A stretch of 64,000 nt of DNA. It comes from Candidatus Latescibacterota bacterium. Lineage in GTDB: Bacteria > Latescibacterota > UBA2968 > UBA8231. Below the pieces are notes generated by a model. That model did not search any database. It was not told the origin of the DNA and saw nothing but the letters and a program-made list of their open reading frames with translations. The stretch is taken from positions 864,001 to 928,000 of the forward strand of contig OY730476.1 in NCBI GenBank assembly GCA_963422735.1, in the 5' to 3' direction. This document shows positions 9,821 to 20,687 of this stretch, in pieces. The position numbers and the translations under genes were made by a program. The stretch's first letter is position 1. Each line of letters begins with the position of its first letter.

Positions 9821-9855
9821 TTACAACTACTTGATTTAAATAAATTTCAAGACTT

Positions 9856-9907
9856 AAAGGGGTTTGATCTTTCCCGGGCTTAAGGGAGGGATTTCAAACC
9901 CCTTTTT
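9856..9907 (+). terminator. Long hairpin / intrinsic terminator
   Basis: AAAGGGGTTTGA...TCAAACCCCTTTTT followed by a T-rich run. Confidence 0.6.
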
Positions 9908-9932
9908 GTATTTTTGTCCAGCTACCAAGGCT

Positions 9933-10889
9933 ATGAAGGACATTTCCATCGCCGGCATCGATCGCCGATCCCTCTTCGGGCGCAACGATCAACACTTGGC
10001 TCATCTCGAAAAGAGATACGGCATTCGCCTAGTCGCCCGCGGCGACAAGCTCACGCTTAAAGGATCCGACACTTCGGTGCGCGAGGCCGATGGTTTCCTC
10101 AGTCACCTCATAAAACGCATGCGCCACGGCCCGCCCCTCGAAGCAGCCGAGCTAGAGAACTTGATTCACTGTAGTCCGACCCTACCCAAGGGAGATCACA
10201 GCACCCTCCCAAACCCCGTAGCCCATACCTATAAGACGGCCATCTACGCCCGCACCGAAGGCCAAGCGAAATATCTCGCCGCTATCGACAACAACGACGT
10301 GGTCTTCAGTATCGGCCCAGCCGGCACCGGTAAGACGTACATAGCGGTGGCCATGGCCGTTGCCGCGCTGCGGCAAAAGCAAATCTCTCGCATCCTGCTC
10401 GCCCGACCCGCTGTCGAAGCCGGAGAGAAGCTCGGTTTTTTGCCCGGCTCTTTTGAGGACAAGGTTGACCCCTACTTGCGCCCGCTCTACGACGCGCTAC
10501 AAGATCTCATGGAACCCGAGCGACTGCGGCGGATGCAGGACATGAAAATTATCGAAGTCGTGCCGCTGGCCTACATGCGCGGCCGCACCCTCAACGATTC
10601 GTTTATTATCCTCGACGAAGCCCAAAATACTACACCACAACAGATGAAGATGTTTCTCACCCGGCTGGGCAGCCACTCAAAGGCTGTAGTTACCGGCGAT
10701 GTTACTCAGACCGACCTCAGCGATGACCAGCCCTCGGGCTTGGTCGTCGCGCCCAAAATTCTGACTAGGATCGCCGGCTTGGCCTTTGTTCGGCTCAACG
10801 AACGGGATGTGGTACGCAATCGGCTCGTGCAGAAGATCATCAAAGCCTACGACAGCTATGAGGAAGCCCACGCCTCGGCCGATCCATGA
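9933..10889 (+). CDS. phoH: PhoH-family ATPase (YbeZ)
   Basis: GPAGTGKT, RPAVEAGEKLGFLPG, YMRGRTL, DEAQN. Confidence 0.93.
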   Translation: MKDISIAGIDRRSLFGRNDQHLAHLEKRYGIRLVARGDKLTLKGSDTSVREADGFLSHLIKRMRHGPPLEAAELENLIHCSPTLPKGDHSTLPNPVAHTYKTAIYARTEGQAKYLAAIDNNDVVFSIGPAGTGKTYIAVAMAVAALRQKQISRILLARPAVEAGEKLGFLPGSFEDKVDPYLRPLYDALQDLMEPERLRRMQDMKIIEVVPLAYMRGRTLNDSFIILDEAQNTTPQQMKMFLTRLGSHSKAVVTGDVTQTDLSDDQPSGLVVAPKILTRIAGLAFVRLNERDVVRNRLVQKIIKAYDSYEEAHASADP

Positions 10890-13126
10890 ACGCGCTTAAA
10901 TTAAAGTGGTTTGGCTCCAAACGCCGCAGCAATCAGCCCAGACCTTGGCACCTGCATAGCTCGTGGGTGTTCCGCATCGCTTTGGCCGGCCTAGCTATCG
11001 GCCTGCTCACCTACCTATCGCCCTACCAGCGTCCCTACAATGTCGCCCAGCTACGCGTCGGCAGCGTCTCTCAAGAGCGCATCGAGGCTCCTTTTCTCTT
11101 TCGCGTACCTAAAAGCGATGCCGAATTGGAGCGTGAACGCCAAGCTGAGACTGCCGAGATTCCCACCATCTTGCGCCGCGGTCCCCTAATTCAAGAGCGG
11201 CAGCTAGCCCAGCTAGACTCGGTCTTTGCGGTGATGATCCCAAGAATCCGGGTCCAGATGGCCGACTCGCTCAAGCGACGCGAACTCCAACGCGCCCTAC
11301 CTCGAGTCATTGGTTTGCTCTCGCTCGATGCCCTTTCGACCCTCATCAACGTTCTCTCCACGGCCAGCGAACCTTATGTACACGATTTCCAAGCTATCTG
11401 TCGGCAGATTCTGGCCAGTTACTATGCCGCGGGCATCATCGCCTCCAAACAACCGATTCTCCTAAGCCCCTCGCCCCAAGTCCGCCTCGACGACCGGGAA
11501 CAGCACATAGAAACCCTCTATAGCGAAGAAAAGCTCAAACAAGGCGAATTGATCTCGCGCCTCCAAACTTATCACACGATCGCCGACCGCGACGCGGTCC
11601 AAGCCGTACACGAACTCCTGAGCCTCTTTGTGGTCCCCAATCTGACCATTGACGAGCCAGAAACCGCCCGCCTCAGGAACGCGGCGCGGCGCGGCGTGGC
11701 CAGCATCAAGCGGATCTATGCCCAAGACGACCTCATAGTCAACAAGCACGCCACCGTCACTGCAGAGCATGTCGACGCACTCGACGCACTGGCCGCCCGC
11801 ATCGCCCAAGAGCAATCTCAACATCCTATCAAGCGCCTAATCCAAGTGGCTGCGGCCGCGACGATCTCCGGACTCCTAATCTTCGTCTTCGGCTACTTTC
11901 TCGCCACGCACGAACGCGCTGTTTTTGACCAGCCCGGCCAGCTCATCCTCCTAGCTATCCTGACCGTTGCCATAGCCGCCGCGGCCTCCTATATCAAAAC
12001 GCACGACCTCTCCCCCTATTGGGTGCCGATCCCCCTCGCCGCCATGCTAGTGACGATCCTGCTAACGCCACAAATTGGCTTGGTGCTCTCGTTTGTGCTC
12101 GCACTCTTTGTCGGCAACCTCTTTGCCGACTTCTACGTAGCCATAATCTGCGCTCTAACGGCGGCCATAGCCGTCTATGCGGTGCGGCACGTGCGCCACC
12201 GCAATCAGTTCTATCGCCCCATGATCTTCCTGCCGATATCTTATGCACTGCTCATCGCGGCGGCGGACCTGTTGCGCTTCTTCCCGGTCGAACAGATATA
12301 CGCTCACATCCTGCCCGGAATCGTCATCGGCGTGGCAGCCCCCATCCTCACCATCGGCCTGCTACCGATCTTTGAAAGCTTCTTTCACATCACCACGGAT
12401 ATAACCCTGCTGGAACTGTCGGATCCCAACCGGACCTTGCTCCGCCAATTGGCTATCCGGGCACCGGGGACCTATACTCACAGCCTGATTATGGCCAACC
12501 TCTCCGAGAGTGCCGCCGAGGCCATTGCCGCCAACCCGCTTTTGGCCCGCGTCGGCTGCTATTACCACGATATCGGCAAGGTGAGCAAGCCTGAGTACTT
12601 CAGCGAAAATCAGGGGTTGCAAGGCGGGCGCAACCCCCACGATAATCTGATGCCCTACCTAAGCATGCTCATCATAGCCTCGCACATCCGCGAGGGGCTC
12701 GAGTTGGCCGAGGAACACGGCCTTCCTCAATCCATCTGCGACCTGATCTCCCAGCACCACGGCACTACCGTCATCGAGTACTTTTACGAGCGTGCCGTGG
12801 AATTGGGCGACCGGAGTGTGCGAGAAGAAGATTTCAGGTACAACGGTCCCAAGCCCCAGACCAAAGAGGCCGGCATCCTGATGTTGGCCGACTCGGTCGA
12901 AGCGGCAGCCCGCACCCTCGCCGAACGCACACCCAGCCGGATGCGCCAGCTAGTGCATAAAATTATCCAGCAGAAATTCACCACTGGCGAACTCGACGAG
13001 TGCGCTCTGACTCTGCGGGATTTGCTCAAAATAGAGGACAGCTTCATCCGAGTGCTGATGGGCGTCCTACACAGTCGGATGGAATACCCTTGGCAGAAGG
13101 CCAATCGCAAATGGCAGACCGTCTAG
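10886..13126 (+). CDS. 7TM-HD membrane phosphohydrolase (PgpH-like)
   Basis: Extracellular domain, multiple TM helices, APGTYTHS, YYHDIGK, QHHGTT, MLADSVEAA. Confidence 0.9.
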   Translation: MNALKLKWFGSKRRSNQPRPWHLHSSWVFRIALAGLAIGLLTYLSPYQRPYNVAQLRVGSVSQERIEAPFLFRVPKSDAELERERQAETAEIPTILRRGPLIQERQLAQLDSVFAVMIPRIRVQMADSLKRRELQRALPRVIGLLSLDALSTLINVLSTASEPYVHDFQAICRQILASYYAAGIIASKQPILLSPSPQVRLDDREQHIETLYSEEKLKQGELISRLQTYHTIADRDAVQAVHELLSLFVVPNLTIDEPETARLRNAARRGVASIKRIYAQDDLIVNKHATVTAEHVDALDALAARIAQEQSQHPIKRLIQVAAAATISGLLIFVFGYFLATHERAVFDQPGQLILLAILTVAIAAAASYIKTHDLSPYWVPIPLAAMLVTILLTPQIGLVLSFVLALFVGNLFADFYVAIICALTAAIAVYAVRHVRHRNQFYRPMIFLPISYALLIAAADLLRFFPVEQIYAHILPGIVIGVAAPILTIGLLPIFESFFHITTDITLLELSDPNRTLLRQLAIRAPGTYTHSLIMANLSESAAEAIAANPLLARVGCYYHDIGKVSKPEYFSENQGLQGGRNPHDNLMPYLSMLIIASHIREGLELAEEHGLPQSICDLISQHHGTTVIEYFYERAVELGDRSVREEDFRYNGPKPQTKEAGILMLADSVEAAARTLAERTPSRMRQLVHKIIQQKFTTGELDECALTLRDLLKIEDSFIRVLMGVLHSRMEYPWQKANRKWQTV

Positions 13127-13563
13127 ATAGGCCCCTTCACATAGTCCAAGACGCGGGCCTCGCCCCCCTGCATGCAGACGTGCTCGCTGCCCTGCACCAG
13201 ATCGCCGCGCAAGTCGCCTACACCCACGTGCTGCCGGACGCGGTTCAGCTAGTCCTCATCAACGACGACTACATGAGCGACCTCAACACCACCTATCGCA
13301 GCAAGGAGGGCACGACGGACGTCTTGTCTTTCGACTTAGGTACCATACCTAGTCAGGACAGTAGCGGTGAAGTGTACATTTCTCTACCCCAAGCGCAGCG
13401 ACAAGCCGCCGCGCTCAGCGTCCCTCCCTTAGTGGAGCTAGCCCGCCTGTTGGTACACGGGCTACTTCACCTAGCGGGTTGGATGCACAATACGCCCGAG
13501 CAACTAGCTGCTATGGAACGCGAAACAGACCACTTCCTTACCACAGCCTCCCTCTCTCTCTAA
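13111..13563 (+). CDS. ybeY: rRNA maturation endoribonuclease YbeY
   Basis: LN..YR.K...TDVLSF, HGLLHLAGWMH. Confidence 0.9.
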   Translation: MADRLDRPLHIVQDAGLAPLHADVLAALHQIAAQVAYTHVLPDAVQLVLINDDYMSDLNTTYRSKEGTTDVLSFDLGTIPSQDSSGEVYISLPQAQRQAAALSVPPLVELARLLVHGLLHLAGWMHNTPEQLAAMERETDHFLTTASLSL

Positions 13564-13600
13564 GCGGCCTTGGCCGGCCGCTTAACTGAAAGGAGCCTTT

Positions 13601-14911
13601 TTGGACTTATCCTCCGCCGCGTACGCCGCATTGGTCGGCGCGATCAGCCTCGCCTGGCTCTTCTTGGTAGCCAGCTATGAGACTGCCTTTGCCATTCTCT
13701 CCAAATCCGTGCTGGAGAAACTGGCCGAAAGCGGCGTATCGCATGCGCGTGCTATGCTCCGCATCTACGAGCCGCGCCTGCGCCTGCGCCTGATGACCCG
13801 CCTCGGCGAGGCCATCGGCGTCACCGTCCTCGCATTCTCCCTGTTCTTTCTCGCGGATGCCATCCTATTACCGTACGCCCTTCCGAGCTATCTCCCTGCG
13901 GCAACAGCTTTATTGGGTGCGTTAGGGCTTTTCATGATCGTGGCGACACCCCGCCGCATTCGCTTTGACGAAGAAGGCGACGAAGCACGTATACCCTTCG
14001 TCGCCTTGGCCTATGCGCCGGTACACGCGCTGCTCCTTCCTCTGACCAACCTCCTCGAACTCCTCAGCAGCTTTGATTACAGCGACGAGGACTTTCGCGC
14101 TGAAAAGGAAGAGGAACTGCGCAGCATCGTCGAGTCAGAAGGCGAGTCTGGCGTACTCGAGGAAGGCGAGCGCGAGATGATTGAGAGCGTCTTTGGCTTC
14201 CACGACCGCATCGTCCGCGAAGTCATGGTCCCTCGCGTCGACATGGTCGCCATCGACCAATCGGCCTCTCTGCAAGACTTGCTCAATCTCATTAGGGACA
14301 AGGGCCACTCGCGTCTGCCCATCTACCGGGAAAGCCTCGACCACATCCAAGGGCTAGTATACGCCAAAGATCTGCTGCAGATCTTGGTGTCCCGGCCCGA
14401 AGTCAATCTAGCGACGCCCATAGACCAACTACTGACCAGCCAAGAGGGCGATCTGAGTTTTACCCACGAGCCTTATTACATCCCTGAGACCAAGAAAATC
14501 GACGTCCTGCTCAATGACCTGAGAGCCAACAAAATTCGCCTCGCCATCGTCCTCGACGAATACGGCGGCACGGCTGGCTTAGTCACCACCGAGGACCTCG
14601 TCGAGGAAATCGTCGGGGAAATCCAAGATGAGTACGACGAGGAAGAGGAGTTGCACCACTGGCAGGTTCCCGGCGAAATACTCATCGCCAATGCCCGCAT
14701 CGACATAGGCGATCTCAACGAGTTGCTTTCCACCGATCTGCCGAGGGCGGGCTTTGAAACCCTCGGGGGATTTATATACGACCACTTGGGGAGCATCCCC
14801 GCGGAAGGCTTGGTCTTCAAGGTCGATCATCTAGAGCTCGATATCCTCAAGGTCGAGGGTCAGCGCATCGCCCAAGTCAAACTCCGGCGCTTGACCCCCG
14901 TCGGCGATTGA
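13601..14911 (+). CDS. HlyC/CorC-family CBS-domain membrane protein
   Basis: N-terminal TMs, VREVMVPRVD, HSRLPIY, DEYGGTAGLVTTEDLVEEIVGEIQDEYD. Confidence 0.9.
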   Translation: MDLSSAAYAALVGAISLAWLFLVASYETAFAILSKSVLEKLAESGVSHARAMLRIYEPRLRLRLMTRLGEAIGVTVLAFSLFFLADAILLPYALPSYLPAATALLGALGLFMIVATPRRIRFDEEGDEARIPFVALAYAPVHALLLPLTNLLELLSSFDYSDEDFRAEKEEELRSIVESEGESGVLEEGEREMIESVFGFHDRIVREVMVPRVDMVAIDQSASLQDLLNLIRDKGHSRLPIYRESLDHIQGLVYAKDLLQILVSRPEVNLATPIDQLLTSQEGDLSFTHEPYYIPETKKIDVLLNDLRANKIRLAIVLDEYGGTAGLVTTEDLVEEIVGEIQDEYDEEEELHHWQVPGEILIANARIDIGDLNELLSTDLPRAGFETLGGFIYDHLGSIPAEGLVFKVDHLELDILKVEGQRIAQVKLRRLTPVGD

Positions 14912-14961
14912 GAGGGTTGCGCCAGACTGCCCCATCCTTTAGATTATTACCAATAGCTTGT

Positions 14962-15038
<77 letters not shown>

Positions 15039-15075
15039 TCTTTTCAGGGAGTCGCTCGCGGCTTCCTGATTTTCT

Positions 15076-15402
15076 ATGCCTATCTACAATAAGGTTCCCG
15101 ACAATCCCACCTCTGCTCCGGCCGAGCGCATCCGCCTCGACGAGCGCTTTGTATCCTTGCTCGTCGCCGAAGACGCCCAAGATCGCCTCGAAGCCCAAGA
15201 GCTACGCCAGCTCGTCCACCGCGCCCTCCAAGCCCTTTCCGACGACGAGATGCGCGTCATTCAGCTCCGCTATCAGTACAAAAAATCGCCCGGCCAAGTC
15301 GCGGCGCGCATGGGCCTTTCTCGCAATGCGATGGCTGCGCTCGAGCAGAGCGGGTTAGCAAAATTGCGCCAAGGCCTCGAGGATTGGCATCGAGGCGTCT
15401 GA
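15076..15402 (+). CDS. Stand-alone sigma-70 region 4 HTH protein
   Basis: ALQALSDDEMRVIQLRY...SPGQVAARMGLSRNAMAALEQSGLAKLR; no region 2. Confidence 0.75.
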   Translation: MPIYNKVPDNPTSAPAERIRLDERFVSLLVAEDAQDRLEAQELRQLVHRALQALSDDEMRVIQLRYQYKKSPGQVAARMGLSRNAMAALEQSGLAKLRQGLEDWHRGV

Positions 15403-15403
15403 A

Positions 15404-16927
15404 TTGCAGCAGCGGCTCTCCCCCCTGCTGGCCCCGGCCCTACTCTCAGGCCTGTTCTTCGCAGTTAGCATCCCCAAATTCGATCAGTACTACTTCGCTT
15501 GGATTTGCCTGCTGCCGCTCTTTTTGGCTCGGCACTGGCTGCCTGCCCAAAGCCACTTCGCCCTCGGGCTGGTCGCCGGCCTCGCCTGGTCTACCGGACG
15601 CACCTACTGGATCACCGAGACCTTGCAATTGTACGGTGCCCTCTCCTTGGCGACTGCCGTGGCAACGAATGGGCTGCTCATTGTATACATGGCCCTGTAT
15701 CTGGCCTGTTTTGTCGCAGTGTGCCGCCGCCTAAACTTTTCCTCCCCGCTCTTTGCTTGGTCGGCAGCCGGCGTCTGGGTCATTTTGGAGTGGATGCAAA
15801 ACTGGATGTTGAGCGGCTTTCCCTGGCAGCTATTAGGCTACTCGCAGTACCTCAACCTACCCCTCCTACAATGGGCTGCGATAACCGGCGTCTATGGCCT
15901 GAGTTTCCTCATTGTCCTATTCAACGCCGCGTTGGCCCAAGCCCTCTCGCACCGCGCCTTCATCCCCTATCTGAGCCTGCCTCTTTTCCTGCTGGTCGCC
16001 GTTCATCTATGCGGCTTATATCGGCTGCACAACGTGCCGGATCCGCCATCCGCCACCCTAAAGGTCGGCGTCGTTCAAGGCAATATACCCCAAGACCGCA
16101 AGTGGAAGGTGGACCGGCTAGTTTGGACGGCTCGGCACTACGCCGCACTCACCCGGGACTTGGCGGCCGCGGAAAAACCAGCGCTGATCATCTATCCCGA
16201 GACGGCCCTGCCGCTCTATTTTGGCGACCCCTTGTACGCGGCCTATGTCGATTCGATAACAGCCCTAGCACCGGAGCTAGATACGCCCATGTTGGTGGGC
16301 AGTCTCAAGGGCGATTCGCAAAATCGCACTGCTCCAGTCTATAACCGGGCCTTCCTGCTCAATGCTCAAGGGGAAGTAGTCGATTACGCCGACAAGGTGC
16401 ACTTGGTGCCTTTTGGCGAGTTTCTGCCCTTTCCGGGTATCTTTCAGTATTTGGGGGGGCTTACGGCAGAAAGCGGCATCTTCGCCCACGGGGAAAGGCA
16501 CAAAGTACTGAGGCTTCCGCGCAACAATACCTCATTCGGGGTCTTTATTTGCTACGAGTCCATCTTTCCGGAAATAACCCGTGCGCTGATGGCCCAAGGC
16601 CCGGACTTTCTGGTCAACACCACCAACGACGCTTGGTTTGGCAGCACCGCGGCCCCGCACCAGCACTTTGCACAAGCTGTCCTGCGAGCCGTAGAAAGCG
16701 GGCGGGCCGTAGTCCGCGCCGCCAATACCGGCATTTCCGGCCTAATCGAGCCGAGCGGGCGCATTGCCTATCGCACACCGCTTTTTGCCACCGTGGGCTT
16801 TGCAATAGACGTGCCCTTGTACCAAGGACAGACGATCTACACGCGCTGCGGGGATTGGCCGCTCATGCTCTGCGCCCTCGCGCTAACGCTGGCCGCCGCC
16901 CGCAAAAATCGGCACCGCCCCTCCTAA
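15404..16927 (+). CDS. lnt: Apolipoprotein N-acyltransferase
   Basis: GFPWQLLGYSQ, VQGNIPQ, YPETA, KVHLVPFGEF, ICYESIF, TNDAWFG, RAANTGIS. Confidence 0.93.
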   Translation: MQQRLSPLLAPALLSGLFFAVSIPKFDQYYFAWICLLPLFLARHWLPAQSHFALGLVAGLAWSTGRTYWITETLQLYGALSLATAVATNGLLIVYMALYLACFVAVCRRLNFSSPLFAWSAAGVWVILEWMQNWMLSGFPWQLLGYSQYLNLPLLQWAAITGVYGLSFLIVLFNAALAQALSHRAFIPYLSLPLFLLVAVHLCGLYRLHNVPDPPSATLKVGVVQGNIPQDRKWKVDRLVWTARHYAALTRDLAAAEKPALIIYPETALPLYFGDPLYAAYVDSITALAPELDTPMLVGSLKGDSQNRTAPVYNRAFLLNAQGEVVDYADKVHLVPFGEFLPFPGIFQYLGGLTAESGIFAHGERHKVLRLPRNNTSFGVFICYESIFPEITRALMAQGPDFLVNTTNDAWFGSTAAPHQHFAQAVLRAVESGRAVVRAANTGISGLIEPSGRIAYRTPLFATVGFAIDVPLYQGQTIYTRCGDWPLMLCALALTLAAARKNRHRPS

Positions 16928-18030
16928 ACCGGACAATCGGGAATATCGACCCATCTCCGCTCGGCCGCCGCCTGGAGAATGGAGTCGGCAACGGCCTGCG
17001 CTCGCATCCCATGATAAAACGAGGGTACGCAATCGCGCCCCTCGCGGATGGCACTGACGAATTCCCAAGCTTGGTCGTAGCGGAAGGTCTGCACGGGATC
17101 GCCGACGGACGGATCGCGCGGCGCATTAGGCCGCTTGAGGAACTCTGTGGGCACCGGTCGGCTCTGATAGGGTTCGCCGCGGGGGGCAAAGAGCACCTCG
17201 TGGGGCGCATGCAGTCGATAGACGACCGAGGCATCCTCCCCGTTGAATTCGGCCAAGTCGTGGTCGCCCTTTGGGCCGTAGCCCTTGCTCAGCTTGCCCA
17301 TCTCAAAGACGCCCGTGGTGCCGCTGGCAAATTCGGCGATCCACGCGATCCAATCTTCCACGTCCTGCGGTGGGCACGGCTGGCCTTCGCGGGTCTGATC
17401 CCGCGGCACCAACTGCTTGGCCGCGCTGCACACAGCCTCTATCGGCCCCAGCAAATCCTCGGCAAAATCAAGGCGGTGAATGCCCATATCGCCCAGCTCG
17501 CCCGACCCGGCGTAGCGCTTGTATTGCCGCCAGCCAATGGCCCGCTCTCCCCAGTCTTGCAGGCGCTGGAAACGGGCGTGGCGAATCGGCCCCAAAGCCT
17601 TGGTCTGTACCAAGTGGCGGATGTAGTTCATGGCCGGCACAAAGCGATAGGTAAACGCCGTCATGTGGCGATGCCCCGACGCCTTGCCCCGGGCGTATAT
17701 TTCCCGAGTTTGGGCAAAGTCCATACCTAGGGGCTTTTCGCACAATACGTGGCAGCCGGCACCTAAGGCTTGGACGATCAGCTCGTAGTGGTAGACATTG
17801 GGCACGGCGATGCAGACCGCATCCGGGGACACCGCATCTAAGAGCACCTCCAGCCGGTCAAAAGCGGCCGCAATGCCCCATTCCGCTTGCCGCTTTTGCC
17901 GCAGCGTTTCGTTTGGCTCGCATATTCCAGCGATTTCGACCTCGGGAATCAGCCGCAGCCCTGGATAGTGTACCCCCGCACAGACGCCGCCTGTGCCCAC
18001 CAGCCCTACGCGCAGTGCATCTTGGTTCAT
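16924..18030 (-). CDS. Gfo/Idh/MocA-family oxidoreductase
   Basis: VGLVGTGG, HVLCEKPLG, GDMGIHRLD. Confidence 0.88.
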   Translation of the reverse strand: MNQDALRVGLVGTGGVCAGVHYPGLRLIPEVEIAGICEPNETLRQKRQAEWGIAAAFDRLEVLLDAVSPDAVCIAVPNVYHYELIVQALGAGCHVLCEKPLGMDFAQTREIYARGKASGHRHMTAFTYRFVPAMNYIRHLVQTKALGPIRHARFQRLQDWGERAIGWRQYKRYAGSGELGDMGIHRLDFAEDLLGPIEAVCSAAKQLVPRDQTREGQPCPPQDVEDWIAWIAEFASGTTGVFEMGKLSKGYGPKGDHDLAEFNGEDASVVYRLHAPHEVLFAPRGEPYQSRPVPTEFLKRPNAPRDPSVGDPVQTFRYDQAWEFVSAIREGRDCVPSFYHGMRAQAVADSILQAAAERRWVDIPDCPV

Positions 18031-18956
18031 ACGACCTCTTTCATTTGCATTTGCATTTGCCTCTCTGCCTCAGCCAGCTTATCGACGAGTTCGTGCAACC
18101 TCGGCAGGTCCTCAGCGGCCACATCCTCGGCAAAAGGTATCACCGGCCCCCCGGCCAGCCCGACCCGCTCCATAGCCGCGTGCAGTGCCGAGCCACTATA
18201 GCGCGCCGCCCGCTCACCGCGCAGATTCTCAAACGGCACCATCTGCTGCCGAATCTCCTCCGCCCCAGCGCACTCCCCCGCCGCAAAGCACTCTAGGAGT
18301 GTCAGGCTCATGCCAGGGACAAAGTTGGCCATCCCCGAGCTAAACCCAACCGCGCCGGCTGCCATATAGTCGATACAGGGATCCTCGGCCATGCCGCAGA
18401 CCATGGCCGCGCTCTCCCCAGCACCGGCGACGATCCGCCGGAACGCCCCTAAGTCGTCAACGGCGTATTTAAGCCCCACCACTTCGTCCAGCCGACACAG
18501 CGCCACTACCTGCTCAACCGGCATGATATCCAAACGGCGCTGATATAGTATCGTGGGCAACTGGGTCTTCTCGGCAATGGCGCGCAGGCCGACGGCAACG
18601 CCTCCGGCTGAGGCCGGCCCGACGATGGGCATAATCATTACCCCGGCAACGCCCAAAGAGCGGGCAATCCGCCCCATTTCCAGTGCCCGACCATACCCCG
18701 GCCCGATCCCCGGCACCACCAACGCCTCCCCGGCTGCCGCCTCCACAAAGGCCCCAACGACGGCCTCGTATTCGTCTAAGGTCATATCGTACACCAGACC
18801 CGTGCCGCACGCCGGCATAATAAAATCGACGCCCCGCTCGCAGAGAAAGCGCACATTGCGGCCAATCCCCGCCAAGTCAATGCCCCGTTCCGCGTCGCGG
18901 GGCGAGATCGCCACAACCAGCACGTTGTGGCACTGTTCCTTTTGCAACATCCGCAT
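18027..18956 (-). CDS. DapA/DHDPS-family lyase (keto-deoxy sugar acid dehydratase-like)
   Basis: ACGTG, ILYQR, VVGLKYAVDD Schiff-base Lys. Confidence 0.8.
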   Translation of the reverse strand: MRMLQKEQCHNVLVVAISPRDAERGIDLAGIGRNVRFLCERGVDFIMPACGTGLVYDMTLDEYEAVVGAFVEAAAGEALVVPGIGPGYGRALEMGRIARSLGVAGVMIMPIVGPASAGGVAVGLRAIAEKTQLPTILYQRRLDIMPVEQVVALCRLDEVVGLKYAVDDLGAFRRIVAGAGESAAMVCGMAEDPCIDYMAAGAVGFSSGMANFVPGMSLTLLECFAAGECAGAEEIRQQMVPFENLRGERAARYSGSALHAAMERVGLAGGPVIPFAEDVAAEDLPRLHELVDKLAEAERQMQMQMKEVV

Positions 18957-18974
18957 AGTATTCTCCTTTATCTG

Positions 18975-19346
18975 CTAGGCCCAGACAGTCTCGGTAGAGG
19001 TTGTGGCGTGTTTATTGTAGTGCTCCAGATAGTCCTCACGGGGCGGGGTAAAAATGTCGAGGATTCGGGCCGGCCCTTCTTCGACGACACCCCAGTGGAC
19101 CACGTTCGGCGGAATCAAGAAGGCGTCGCCCGGGCCAGTGACGCGCTCCTCAGCCCCAATGCGAAAGCGGAAGCGCCCGGCCAGCACCAAGCCAGCCTGC
19201 TCGTGCGGGTGGCTGTGCTCGGGCACTTCACAACCTTCTTTCATGTCCAAAAACGAAAGCATCAGCCGCTCGCCAGCCACCAAGCCGCTGTTGATTTGGG
19301 GAAAAAGCTCTACAGCCGCAAGTTCTGCGGGATTGATAAAGGGCAT
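18975..19346 (-). CDS. Cupin domain protein
   Basis: PEHSHPHEQAG...IPPNVVHW...DIFTPPREDY. Confidence 0.85.
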   Translation of the reverse strand: MPFINPAELAAVELFPQINSGLVAGERLMLSFLDMKEGCEVPEHSHPHEQAGLVLAGRFRFRIGAEERVTGPGDAFLIPPNVVHWGVVEEGPARILDIFTPPREDYLEHYNKHATTSTETVWA

Positions 19347-19355
19347 AGTCTCCTC

Positions 19356-20687
19356 CTATTTGACAAAGCTCCGCAACCACGCATCGCCGCGATAGCGCGG
19401 CCACAGCGTAACAAAGCGACCAACCATCAGGCCGCTATAGGCCATCCAAGCACCAGCTAACTCCCAATCCAACCAGTATATAAAAACCAACGCCGAAGGG
19501 AAAAACACTCCAAAGGTGGCCAGCGCCATAGCCTTGAACAGATACCCCATATCGCTAGCGCCAATAAAAATTCCGTCAAAGACGAAGACCACGGCGTTCA
19601 ACGGTTGGAGCAGAGCGATGAGTACATAGAGCGCGCCGACCTGTTCTACGACTTCCCGATGCGGAGTAAACAGCGCGGCAATAGGCCCCAAGGCCGCCAA
19701 GTAAGCCAAGCCAAACCCCGCTCCCAAACCCAAGCCCCAGCAGATGATCCGCCAAGCGATTTGCCGGGCCTCAGAAAAAAGATGTCCCCCTAGGCAGCGG
19801 CCAACTAGCGTCTCAGCGGCGTGGGCAAAGCCGTCCACGGCGAAGCTAGTCAGCCCCCAGAACTGCAAAATCACGGCGTTGGCCGCCAGCGGTGCTTCGC
19901 CCATCCGTGAGATCATGCCGAGCATAAAAAAACCGGCAAGCTGCAGACAGAGGGTGCGGCCGAAGAGGAAGGCATTGGTCTGCAGCAAGCGCTGCATCGC
20001 GTGCAAGTCCCACAGCCTTGTAGGCCACTCCCGTAGATAGGAGCGGTAGCCGTAGAGCAATAAAAAACCCCCGGTGGCCAACGCCGCCGCATTGCCCAGC
20101 ACAGAAGCCCAAGCCGCCCCTTCGACGCCCAGCTTGGGAGCACCCAACTTGCCGTAGATAAGCGCGTAGTCCGCACCGATATTGACCAAGTTGGCAACGG
20201 TCGTAACCCAGAGGGGCGCTATGGCATTGGCAGTTCCGAGAAAAAAGCCGTTGAGCGTCATAACGCTCAGTGCCAGGGGTGCTTCCCACACCCGGATGGC
20301 GAAGTAGCGCAGGCCCCAGTGCTGGACTTGGGGAGACCCGCCGGCCCACTCGAACCCAATCCGGCCGATCCAACCGCCAGCCGCCGCGATCCCCACGCCG
20401 AGGAAGACGGCCACGATTAGCGAGCGGTAGAGCACCCCCGCGCTCTGGCGTCGATCCCCGGCCCCGCAGTACTGGGCCACCAAAGCCGTAGTCCCCATCC
20501 GCAGAAAGGCCAAGCACCAGAATATGGCGTTGAAGATCAAACTGGCCGTAGAGACCGCGCCCATAAAGGCCACTTCCGGCAAATGACCGATCATCGCGGT
20601 GTCGGCAATGCCGATCAGAGGCGTAGATAGGGCAGTGAGGATATTGGGGATGGCGAGGCCGAGGATCCGTCGGTCGAGTGGCTTCAA
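19356..20687 (-). CDS. MATE-family efflux transporter (DinF-like)
   Basis: LAIPNIL..LSTPLIGIADTAMIGHL, FLRMGTT, GVEGAAWAS; about 12 TMs. Confidence 0.9.
   Translation of the reverse strand: MKPLDRRILGLAIPNILTALSTPLIGIADTAMIGHLPEVAFMGAVSTASLIFNAIFWCLAFLRMGTTALVAQYCGAGDRRQSAGVLYRSLIVAVFLGVGIAAAGGWIGRIGFEWAGGSPQVQHWGLRYFAIRVWEAPLALSVMTLNGFFLGTANAIAPLWVTTVANLVNIGADYALIYGKLGAPKLGVEGAAWASVLGNAAALATGGFLLLYGYRSYLREWPTRLWDLHAMQRLLQTNAFLFGRTLCLQLAGFFMLGMISRMGEAPLAANAVILQFWGLTSFAVDGFAHAAETLVGRCLGGHLFSEARQIAWRIICWGLGLGAGFGLAYLAALGPIAALFTPHREVVEQVGALYVLIALLQPLNAVVFVFDGIFIGASDMGYLFKAMALATFGVFFPSALVFIYWLDWELAGAWMAYSGLMVGRFVTLWPRYRGDAWLRSFVK

Noticed and set aside
15039-15075. tRNA 3' end as an integration site
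   Set aside because: No integrase and no duplicated tRNA 3' end seen in the window.
18043-18060. (TTTGCA)x3 repeat encoding QMQMQM
   Set aside because: Short in-frame repeat at a C-terminus; no evidence of function.
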